From Raillietiella orientalis (lineage: Eukaryota), in assembly GCA_036172245.1 (NCBI GenBank), contig JAYWIR010000007.1:5084001-5148000 (forward strand): a stretch of 64,000 nucleotides of DNA, in the 5' to 3' direction. Under the pieces are notes generated by a model, which had not been told where the DNA came from, searched no databases, and saw nothing but the letters and a program-made list of their open reading frames with translations. Each line of letters begins with the position of its first letter. The first letter of the stretch is position 1. A program made the position numbers and the translations under genes. Shown piece after piece: positions 49,988-60,900 of this stretch.

Positions 49988-50018
49988 CGGGCAGCAGCTG
50001 CTGCTGCTGCTGCTGCTG
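49954..50018. repeat. (AGC)10 followed by (CTG)7, inverted trinucleotide repeats
   Basis: Read directly; lies ~230-295 bp upstream of the PRDM-like ATG. Confidence 0.95.
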
Positions 50019-50243
50019 CCTCCGCCGATGCCTCTTGCTCTCCCCCCTTCTCCCCCGTCTCTCTTTTGATCCCCCCTCTCTCTCTTCCCCCCGCCGGCCA
50101 GCCTCTTTGCCCGTGTCGGCGTGTGGAAGTCGAGCGGAGCGGACGGAGGCAGCGGCATGCAGCGGGGTCGCCGCCGCCCGGTCGCCTCGCGCGAGGCGGC
50201 GTGTGGCGGCGGCTCGGAGGGCGTGGTCCGAAGCACCCACGAG

Positions 50244-50280
50244 CCAATCGGAAGCGCCGGTCTCTTTGCCAGGCGATTGG
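50244..50280. promoter_or_regulatory. Paired CCAAT boxes, candidate promoter of the PRDM-like gene
   Basis: CCAAT at 50244 and ATTGG at 50276 in GC-rich DNA ~520-555 bp upstream of the ATG. Position only; no transcript data. Confidence 0.3.
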
Positions 50281-50289
50281 ACGCGCCGC

Positions 50290-52640
50290 CGCCGCGCGAC
50301 GAGGAGCGGAGAGCTGGGGTTGCCCGCCCCTCCTTCTCGGAGCAGCGACCGGAGAGGGGGCCGGGGACTGCTCTGGGAGAACCCGTTGCTGCCTCCCCTA
50401 TCCTTCACAGATGAGGGAGGGGGGGGCTGCTTCCCAGGAGACCGGCGACTGGGACTCGCAGGATTGGTGGGGAGCGCGTTCACGGCGTTTGGACCGACTA
50501 CGGATGCTCCTGAGGCATGACCCTGCGGCTCTGCCCCCTCGTCCAGGGGGGCCGGCCCCTCTGACCCCCGAGGACCAGGGGTCTCCGGTGGCCTCGATGG
50601 GTGCCGGTTCTCCCGGGTAGTGAAGAGAGAGGCATCCGAGGAGCCGCGCGGACCCGGAGTGAGGGTGAAACCTCCTCCTCCTCCAGGGGGACCCGTTGTC
50701 TGGGCAACGGCGGGAGGCCGCCGGGAGGCTCTGCAGGCCGGAGTCCCCGGCGGCCGCTCCCCCACCCGCCCGCATTGGGCCCGAGGAGAGCTCCTGCCCA
50801 TCACGACGGCCCTCGCGGGTGGACTTCAGGAATATCACACCGCTCCCAAGAGGCCGTCGGGGAAGGGGCATGGGAGGGACGTTCCGAGGAATAAGACCTC
50901 CACAACTCTCCCCTCGTGGGGGTCAGCGTGGACCCTGCCACCAGAGGGTGACCCCTGAGCGTCCGAAGCGCCGAGACCCTCCTTCGTCTCCATTTTGCCC
51001 CGTCGGCTGTGTGCTCCCCCCCCGCCTCTTCCGCGTGTTACCCCGAGGAAAGTCCTCCTGGGGCCGCAATCGGGCGGGCCGCCCCTGGATCCCTCCCCCC
51101 GCCCAGTGTCCAGGCAGCCAGACAGTCGCCTCTCCCTAGCGAGGAAGCCCTCCGGGAGGGGAGCAGATCCTCCTCCCGGTAGGGGTCCCCGGGTAGGGAT
51201 TCCGGGAGAGGACCGCTCCGTTCGTCCTGGGTCCCCTGGAGGATCCTTCGCCGAGACCCTACAAGGGGTGCCGAGGGAAAGAGGGACGCGCCTCGTGGGG
51301 TCCTACGAGGGGAGATAGACGAGAGCGGATCATTAGGGCATCGGGACGCATCCCTGGCACCAGGAGAGCATGAAAGCATCCGCGCGGAGGAAGCGGCCCA
51401 TCCCTTCTTCCGGGAAGGTGAGCATAGCGTCATCCGAAACCCATTGGCTCCGTGCGCCTCCCATTGCGAGGGATCCCGCGATTCTTCCGAAGGGTCAGGC
51501 TGCCTGGAGTCTGATGGGGGTGCGGGGGGAACCGCTACTGGCCGCTGCAGCAGTCGGACGAGGGAAAAGGGCAGGGAACGCAGAGGTCTCCCGCGGGTCC
51601 TTCTTTGCCCATCCCCCTGCAGAAGGTCTGGACAGGACGCCTAGGGCAGCCAGCTGACACGTCTGCGGTCCGGGAGCCGGTCCGTTCCTGGCCGGCCCCG
51701 GCTGTGATGTGTCGGTAGGCCGTAGGTGCGGGAGCTGGCCCTTCCTTGATCGCGGGTTGTCTTCCTGCCGTCTTCCTGAGCTCCACGCAGGCGCCGCTCC
51801 CGCCCGCCAACGTGGATCTCAGCTGCAGGAGCTGGCGGTGCAGGCCGGGGAGACCGTCCGGGCCTCCTGTGCTCTTCATTCTCGGCCCCCTTCCAGTTGG
51901 TGTTGAAAGAAGCGACCTGGCGCACCTGCTGCGCCCTTCTGTTGCCCGCGCCGGGCCCGGCGGCATCGCTCGAGAGCTTCTACTCGGTCTGCCGCTGCGC
52001 TGGCGTCTACGCGGACGGGACCGAGTGGTCCGTCTGCCCCGCCGGCACGGCTCACGCCGCACCGATGGGAACTGGGCCCGTTCGGGCACTTACCAACCAG
52101 GCACCTCAAGTCCCCGAGAGTCCCTCTGGGGAAAAGGGGACAGGAGGGATTCCTATCCCCTGTGTGACCCGACCCGACACTCCAGGGGGCGGATTGGAGC
52201 TCGGTCCATTCCTGAAAGGCAAGTTTTTTCTTGCCGGAGCGGGACCGCGGTGCGTCACACCTGCGCGGCCCCTGCGTTCCGCTTGCCCCCCTCCCAGTGC
52301 TCCGAAGCAGCGGACCGAAAGTCTACCTAGAATCGCCCGTCGGGGCACGGGGTGCCCTCCTAAAGGACTTGCGCGTTACGAGTCGGGTCGTAGACCTTGG
52401 CGTCCTGAGAGATCTGGATGGGAGCACATGGAGCTTCAGTCCCGGTTCCGAAGGTCACTGCCCCGGACGGACGCATGCTGGAGCATGGCTGCCCCCTCAC
52501 GACCCTCCTGGCCAAGCGGGCCAGAGGGTTCCGAGGGACTGGCGTCGTTCCTCTTGAACGGAGATCGCCCCGATGCGGACATTGGCGGATAGTCGCCTTG
52601 GCATAGGGTCGCGACGGGACCTCCTCTGGCCCACAAACCT
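50290..52640 (+). mobile_element. Longest LINE ORF2 remnant: eroded RT domain through C-terminus (L1/Tx1-like)
   Basis: Collinear, frameshifted remnants: GxxGLPA (~50315), LLP/TGDWDSQDW (~50430; LLPKKGD..NWRP), TDY (~50495), EDQ..LPG, RVDF..GMG..F (~50815), G*PLS (~50950; QGCPLS), VSRQPD (VSAYADD-like), PSSGK, PAEGL, ASHLRGPC. Confidence 0.62.
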
Positions 52641-52938
52641 CAGTTCGTAAAAACAGAAAATGTTCCAGGCCTGGGCGAAGGTGGACGGCACGAGTCCAGA
52701 GCAGCTGCGGCGCTCCCGTTGCGCCTTTTGCAAGAGAGCCTGGGGTGCCCCGCGAGGAACAGACGGGAGAGGAATGCTCTACGCTCAGCCACGCCGCCCT
52801 CCATTCGGGAGAACCAGTCGTGAGAGGGGCAATCACCTGGGAAACAACAGGAAGGAGAGAAAAGCTGGGATGCTGGAAGGCGAGTCAACTCGCTGGCTCT
52901 TTAGTCACAAACCCTCTGGGCGAGTCTTCTAAGGTCAA

Positions 52939-53900
52939 TTTTTTCACCCGGTTGCCCCGGAGCGTTCCTTCCATAGAAAGCGACCCGTCGGAACGCGCCG
53001 GTCCCCAGTGGAAGACAAAGGAAGCTGCGGGGAACGGGGTCCACCGACACACAGGGCGGGGCTCCTCCAAAAGTCCGGAACGGGTGCAGGGAGGAAGGAT
53101 GGCAACAAGAAAAGAAGGCCCAAGGATGAGGGCAGGGATCACCGGGTTCACTCCGTGTGCACCGGGATCAACGCAGGAAAAAAACCGAGGAAGCTGCGGA
53201 GCGAAAGGGAGTGTGGAAGCGAAGGAAAAAAAACAAGAAAACAAAGGGAGTCTGGGGTCGAGGGTCACTGGGTCACGACGCTGCTCCTTTCCTCCGGAAC
53301 CGGCCGCCGTATGCAGGCCTTCCTCGCCTTCCTTTTCCGGGAGAGGTCACCTTGTGGCCGTCCTCACGCAGGCGGCTGCCACCCTGGTGATCTCCCTCCG
53401 CTGCGTCGCCGCGTCCGGCGCTTGGCGGGCTGCGACGATGGCACGGAAGTGCCCGTCGGGAATCTTCATGGTGCGAAGGACCTCCGCGGCAGGTTGCGGG
53501 TCTTTCCGGTGCAGGGTCAGTTCCCGTCACGGTTCCCGGAGGACAGCACAGTCCTGGCCCGGTTCGGGAACGCGACTTTCTCCCCCCAGCAACGAGGGTG
53601 CCGTCCCTCGCTACGCCAGAGGCCCCAACCCAGAAAGAGCATTCCTTCCAGGACGGCGGGGAACGTCCAAGCATCGGGCCGCAGGCTTCTCGGGGCAGCA
53701 CGCGGAAGTCGACCCCGCAGAAAGGAATCCCGTCGCCTGGACACGCGGAGTGGCGGCATCCACCAGCCCGCGCGCCTTGCCGGAAGCTTTCTTCTTCTGC
53801 CCGCGACGGTACAGCGACACTCGCACCTCTTTGGCTGTCTCCGATCTTCGCTTGCCCCGAGGGCAGGTAGCTCTGCGGCGAGGAGCATGGTGGCCAGGGG
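52939..53900 (-). mobile_element. LINE 3' fragment (left arm of palindrome)
   Basis: Patchy reverse-complement similarity to 53920-54600 along its length; ends AACGC-TCCGG-GGCAA-CCGGG-TGAAAAAA. Confidence 0.6.
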
Positions 53901-54824
53901 GTCGACTACTTTGCCGCGTCCTGTATCACCACTTCGAAAGGTCGTGGCATCAGATGTTGCAGGGGGCAGAGATCCTCTGGGCTCATCCCTGGAGTGCAGC
54001 CCAGGACTCGACTGCCCCCTGCCGTCAGGCATTGAAGTTCGTGAGAAGAAGTGGAGATCCCCGAGACGTTTTTGACGGTCCTGCGCGTGGGACTCGGCGA
54101 TGCGACCGCTGCGCTGGAACATCCCGTACAACACACGTGTGCACCACTGGATCAAGGCAAATGTGGCCCCGGGATGTGCCAGGGGCGGTGGAAAGGAAAC
54201 CGCCCTGCACCTGCTTTTCGAGTGCGTTGCCCTCTAGAGTGTTCGGGGAGGTTTGGCTGCGTCCCTGGACTCATAGGGAGACAACGCGGAAAGTGCGCGG
54301 AGAGGCCTCTTCACTCGCGGCGCGGTTTCGCCTGCGGCGTCGATCGTAGCTCCGTGCTTCACATGCGGGGTCGCGACGGCCGGACTCCACGACGACAGAG
54401 GCCACACTACCGGAGGCGCCATTCCGATGGTGATCTCCGCTTTGCGGATGACCACGAGATGGCTGCATCTCACTCAGTGGAAGAAGGGAACCAGTCGGCA
54501 TCCTGCGAAGGACGTTGAGGACGCCAGGGAGGTCTCGGTACCTTGACCTTTCCTTGCCCCCCACTATTCCTTCAAACGCATTTTTTTTTCTTATTTATTT
54601 TTGGTTCACTTTCACTCCCCTTATTTTCCCTGTGTAGACCCCTCAGGGCAATCTGCCCGCGAGCAAGAATGACCTCTGGGACTCTTGCCGACGAGGTGGG
54701 GTTACCATCCTACTACAGAGGAACGACTCTTTTTTGCACGACAGTTTATTTGTGAAGATGAACGTTTTCTTTCTTTCTTTCTTTTTTTCTTACAATAAAC
54801 GCCCCGGCGTGACCGGTTAAAAAA
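53900..54824 (+). mobile_element. LINE 3' fragment (right arm of palindrome)
   Basis: PLRWNIPYNT..PGCARGGGKETALHLLFECVAL, T-rich UTR, AATAAACGCC-CCGG-CGTGA-CCGG-TT-AAAAAA. Confidence 0.75.
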
Positions 54825-57800
54825 TCCACTACGCCCCAAGGAAGTCTCTTCGCCCGGAAGCGGAAGCTGCTTTCTCCTCACCGTCCCTTGGAGCGCCTCA
54901 GAGTAACAAGCAGGAGGCGATGGCCGGAAAGGCGATGATAACGGATGGGAGGGTACGTGGTCACAAGGGGGGGCTCTCACGGAGCAGAACTTGGTGGTTC
55001 CCTAGCAAAGCTGCGGCCACCCTCCCCCCACAGCAATGCGATGCAGAGGCAGGCGGACAGTCCAGCCCTCCGAGGACTCCTCCGTAACCGGGGTCGGATT
55101 CTTCCTTGGAAGCTGCACAGCCACCGTTCCAGAGCTCGCACGAGTGAGGGTGGCAGGGAGGCATGGAACAAGACGAGGGGACCAGCTGTAGCGAGAGCAG
55201 CTGACCGCTTGCAGGTTCCTCGATAAGACCCCTGTCTCCGGACCCCGCTGCGCTCCACACGTCCCAACTTGAAAAAGTCTATCCCCTCCCTCCTCCGACA
55301 GGAACCTCACACGGGGGAGGGCGCCCGCGTGCCCGTCGTCACGCGGCAACCAGTCTCCTTCCGTAGCCGTGGATGTCTCTTTCTTAAATTTCCGCCACGG
55401 TCCCACGATCTTTAGATCAGTAGGGCCTTCCTCTCCCCCCCCCCTCATCGAGGAATGCGTAGGAATGGAAAAAGGCATCTCCCCTTTCTCCAGGCTTTGA
55501 CAGCTTCCAGACCTCTCGTTCCTATCCTGAAGCAACCCCTTCGACGTTGCTCAAATCACGTACGTACGCACGCACTGGCCATGCGACCGCACAGTGCTCA
55601 CACTTCCCGTGCCTGCACGCGCCTGGAAATGTGCACTTCCTGTGGGAACCCACGTGTGAGCACGCGCGCGCGTTGCTCTCTCGCTCGTGGGCCTAACTCG
55701 AACGTCAGCCATTTTCGGCAATACCCAGAGCGTGTTGGCGCGCGTCCACGGGCGCGGAGTGAAGCCTCCGCAGGGTTGCTGGGTAACAGCGATGAATCGA
55801 TCAATCAAGCTCGCTTTATTGCAGGCAAACAAGATGGAGGATAGCCTACATCACGACGCTCGCATTGTTGCGAGACCTAGGTCGAGCGCGCGCGCAGAGG
55901 CTCGATGCCGTTGCTCTGCAACTTGCGGGTTCAGCCCAACAGCCTTAAATCGTGTAACCCCAGTGTGTGAACACACGTATGTACTGCCTTAGTGTACTGC
56001 TCCGCACACTCGCACAGCACGAAACAGCTCAGGAAAATAATTTTTTTTTCACCTATAAAGGAACGTGTCTTGCCGGCCGCAGATTCGGCGTAGAATCCTA
56101 AACACGAGACAAATTGCTGCCATGGAACAAGATTTACGAGCCGAACCCAATTTTCGTTTCATGTGTGGCATGAAGCATGCTCTTCTGTAACGCGTGCGTC
56201 TGTGTCTGTCCGCATATCAGCATCTCAACACATTCTGTGAGTACACTCAAACTATATTATATTGCATAGGTCAAGTGCGCAAACGTTTGCGTTTGTACGA
56301 GCACTGGATGGGTTTGTGGGTGAAGAGCGTTTGCATTCGTTAGGCGTCTATTTATTAGTACCTAATTGGATCACGAGTAATTGAACAGCTAATGAGTCGA
56401 ACAGCCTGCGTTGACAGTTGACATGTTTAATGGACCTGTAAAATACGAAACGTTTCAACCGTGAATCTCCTTGCCTAGCGCGTTTCAGACAGGGGAAAGA
56501 AAAAAAAATTTCAGCGAGTTTCAGACAGCAACAGGTAAGTTTCTCTGTGCCCATTTTTGCTAGAGCTTTTTTTTACTCAACCCAATAGATAGAACACGAT
56601 ACGAGCAAGAAAGGGCAAAACCTGATATACGCAGAACATTGTAAATAGGAAAATGGAAGCTCGAAAGCGTTGATGCTCGGTTAATCCCGGATAGCAACGA
56701 AGCCGTCGAGCGATAGCCGGAGAACACGGTTTTACCGAGACGAAGCCACACGGCAGCCACCTGATGAAAAGTCCAGAAGGCTCCGTTATCATCTTCAGGA
56801 TAAATCACACGCACTGTTCGAAGGAGCACAGCAGTTACGTGACTGGCAACTTGAATATCGGCCGAGGGATGCTGAAAATCAGAGCTCCGTAATAGGGTTT
56901 CCTTCTTTTCCCAAAGCGAAACGTCTTCCCATATCTGCATCACTTCGAGGGAGCAGCGGTGAAGGTGCGTAAGAGAAATTGAGGAATACTCGAATGCCAT
57001 CGTAATCGCAACCTCCCAGAGGTAAAAGATCCCAGGTGAGCAAAGCAAACTACGTCTCTTCGGTGTTAGACAAAGAGAGAAAAACACGCAAACAGAAACT
57101 CCCCCCCCCCTTCCTCCCATCCCCTAAAATAAATACCAAGGGCATTGGAAAAGTTGCCAGGAACCAAGTGGGTTCCCTCGGGAGGAGAGATGCCTTTCGA
57201 GTAAAGTGGAACATCCTCTTTAATCAGCTGACCTGAGAGGTTTTCATTGACACGCTCGCTCTGCTCCGAGCTGGAAATCATGCTAGAACAAAATGGGAGC
57301 TCGCGAAGATTCTCCCGAAGATCTCCGTGGCTGCTGGACCGTGGAAACTTATGAAATGCTCCCGTGCTGACGATATCAGATCGCGTCTACAGACGAGACC
57401 GTAACGAGCTTTCCGTCTGCATTAATGGACCGAGAAAGACTCCTTCATGCCGAGCTTATCTCGAGAGGTTTTGGAATTGAGAGGCTGTATCTGATGAAGT
57501 GGCAACTTCTTTTGTGTGTGTATGTTGTTGTTGCTGTTGTGGTGGTGGTTTGGTTTTTCTGCTGCTGCTTTCCTGTTTTGGCTATTTGCAAATCCGTCTG
57601 CGAATTCCCCGAAGAATGCAGTGATAGCACCGAGGGTTCGAGGAAAAACCTGCATCTCCACGACGGCGTCGCGATTTCTTCCTCCCTGCCGCCGAGCATC
57701 CCTCTGCTGCGCACGCTGACTTTGGACTCCTTTCCGTTTTTCCCGCTCCCTCCTCGCGCCGCTAATGGCCAAAACCAAAAGAACGCGGTGGTTTGCCATG

Positions 57801-60499
57801 ACATCGTTCCCTCCTCGGTCCCGGAGGTCTTCGGGACCCGGAAGGTTCAAGCAGCTTCAGGACGTCGCTGTCAAGGAGGGGAGGAGATCATGCAAAGAGA
57901 CCAGCGTCATCTGTTTCACAGAGGCACCTCCCGGATCTGATTCTTGTCCACCCTCGAAACTTACTGGAGCATCTCCCCGAACGGAGGCCGGAAAAAAGAC
58001 GGATGTCCCCGTGACAACTCCTTGGGCTTGCTCCACCCATCCTATCGTTTTTGACCGCTTTCCTGACGACTCCTGTGCATCCTGGCGAAGCGAGAGCGTC
58101 CCCCAAAACGAAGCGGAAGAGCAAAGCTCCCGTGCATGCGAGGAAATCGTTCGGAATCGCTCGATCCGTTTCTTGCTTCAGGGATTCCAGGAAGAGATCT
58201 CGGGGTGGCAGCGGACTCATGTAGTCATTGGTGTTGGCATGACAACCTTTTACGACTCCCTTGCCCCACTAACCCCTGATTGCTGAAACACTGGCATCGA
58301 AGACGTCAGCGCTTTGCCTCTGGAAGGATCAGTCCCACTGAGAAGGCCGTTTGTCCCAAGATTCGAGGAGGAAGAGGCTGGTCCCCCGAAGTATCTTCCT
58401 GGTGTAGGCAACCAAGACGATAGTAGCAGCGAGAAACTGTCCTCGTGATCCCTTCTCTCCGAGAGGACGATCCTGGTTGGCTGGCTTCAGCTCTTCTCTC
58501 GTCTTTTCACCTTTCCCCGTTCCTCCACCCCCTCCCGCCTCAATTTTCTTATTCCCTTTTGCCTCCTTGCTCCTCCTTCTTTCTCGCACCTGCATCATCG
58601 CCTCTTCCTCCTCCTCCTCCTCCTTCAACTATAGGAATTCACTCGGAGTGGCTGCCGCTGGGGCTGTATCGATTTATTTGGATTCCACCCGGCTGGATGT
58701 CACCTTAATTGAGCAGGTGGGACCGAGAGACCCTGTCACACGTCTGCTGCGCTTCATCAATTAAGAAGGCGAGACCTTATCGATCCACTTGGTACGCTGC
58801 CGCTGGTTTCACGCTCTGACGCACGCAAACAAACAAAGTGAGGAGGAGATGGAAGAGGCAAGGTGGATTGGCTGCTCAGAGAGGCGGCTGGGTGGCAAAG
58901 ATGATCCACATCATCGACGTTTCGTAGTCAGTCTTTGGTGCTACCGAAGCACCCCGTGAAGCAGAGGCGAAAACGCTTCCAAGTAGAACAAAAAGAAATG
59001 GCAACTTGGATATCCTTGGGCGTTTCCTATTGAGGATCAGTTGCGCACGTGTATATCTCCGGAGTTACTCTTGATCTTCTCCACTTACCGCCCAGTCGAC
59101 TGTTCCTAGCATCGCACCTTCACTTGAAGAACGCTGACCATATCGCAGATTCCTTTCGGATAGCTGAGGCCTTCAGGAACTGGGAAAGACTCGTCCACGC
59201 AGGCAGTTTTGACTCCCGGATCGTTTCCAAATAGCAAGGCAACCCTATGGACCCAGCCCTGCCGCCTCCAGCCACAGTTCAGTCAGATCCTTCTCTGTAT
59301 CTAGTGCGTCAACTTCCTGGAACGTGAATGGAATCTGGTCGGAGGCTTCCGCTGATGAGCACCGTGCAGCGGCAGAGGGGGATCCTCTCTAAGGAGAAGG
59401 AACTTGCCATCGCGGTTCCTAAGAGATGAATTTTTCGCCTTTTTTACCTCTTAGAGCGTTTCCAAGAAGGACCTGGAGAAAGAGATAGGGCGATGCCTCT
59501 CGCTAGGCGACTCCGTCAAAGGGGTAAGGCTGCCTTGTTCCTTTGTGAACTTCCGTTAGCCTTCTCAGGATGCCAGCGGGCTGAAGGGGAGGACAGAAAC
59601 AGTCTAGAAAGTGAGTGCGACCCTATCTGATACAGGTCCTAGCGGTTGCCAGCTGTGAGGGGTCCCCGTTCAAGGACCTGCCCAAGGAATCGCTCTCGGG
59701 AGACTGGGAGCAGTAGGGTGCATCTCTGAGGAGACCCCGTTTACTGAGAAGGATTTTAAGAGGAGTCGAGTGGCATCTTCGGTCTCCCTCCCCCTTCCCC
59801 GCTCAGAATGTCCCTGTCGCACCGGGATGCGGCCGACGGGTTCCGCCGCGTCTTCCTTCGTTCCACATCGCGGAGCACGATTCGACTCCGGATCGGCCGA
59901 GTTAATTCTGGAAAGCTTAAGGAACGCACCTAAGGAAGCTGTTTAGTCCTCTTCTAATCTCCTCTTCTTCCTTCCCCCTCCCGCTCTCTCATTCTTCAAA
60001 AATTCTAGCCACCCCCTTTCCTTGCTTTGTTTCCCCGGGAGAAAGAGTCTACCCGTCGCCTGACTTACGCACCACGAAGTCCTCATTTCTCCCGAAGGAG
60101 CGGAGGAATGCACGGTCAAAGAAGAGAGAGTGAGAAGGAAGACACGCGATCAGGTAGCCGGTGCGCGTACAGCTACCGCCCGAATCCATAAATCGCGTCG
60201 CGGAGAAAGAGGGGAGGATGTCCGCCGCCGGTGTCGCTACTGTCGCGACCTCGGAGAGATCCTGGTGGTCGCTTGAGAGCGCGCGCGCGAGAGAGAGAGA
60301 AAGGACTGTTGCGAACCTTATCTCCACGGACGGAAGGCGGAGAGATAGAGAGGATGCCCGAGGCGCCGCGGACAAGAGTGGAAACTTCAGCGGCCACTGG
60401 AAGAACAGGGTGCAGTATGATCATCGGGACGACCAGAGTGCTACTATGCGAGGAGCCGAAGGAAACGCGATCTGTGACAAGCAGAACCACTGGGTCCAG

Positions 60500-60900
60500 A
60501 ATCCCTACTGGATCACGTCTTTCCCTGGAAAACAGAAGGGAGGGGGCGAATTCTGACTGCGGAGGCTGAAGCTTTTCCTTGTGTCTCCCGAAAGCATCTG
60601 AGTCATGGGCAGAACAGACGTCTTCATCCGGTTTCTTCTCCGCCTGACTGACGCTCCTGTCTCCTCATGCCCAACCCACGCCAGGTGTCTTCTCTTCCCT
60701 TTTCTTACTTGGGGAGCGTGTCCTGGAAGACACGTGGCACTGCCTTTCTCACCACAGCTCTTCCCGCAATCTTGCCGGAAGAGCAAGATTGCGGGAAGCA
60801 TTACCTGCAACTCCTCTCCATCCAATGGCTATTGATTCTCCACCTCTCCCAAACCGCTCGCCCTCCTCAGTTTGCTCCGAGTTATCTCCTTCCCAGCCTT
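60500..60900 (-). mobile_element. Possible LINE finger remnant
   Basis: DCGKSCGEKGSATCL; weak. Confidence 0.25.

Noticed and set aside
49158..50804. 548-aa ORF as a secreted protein with a poly-Leu signal
   Set aside because: It is PRDM exon 1 plus a stop-free GC-rich leader. The polyQ and polyL come from the microsatellite, and the 5' part is antisense LINE.
52745..54349. 534-aa ORF and other long GC-rich ORFs (e.g. 11963..13174, 20175..21389, 45956..47149, 48251..49318)
   Set aside because: Arg/Pro/Gly/Ser-rich stop-poor frames typical of high GC. Recognisable motifs hop between frames, as expected for decayed LINE DNA.
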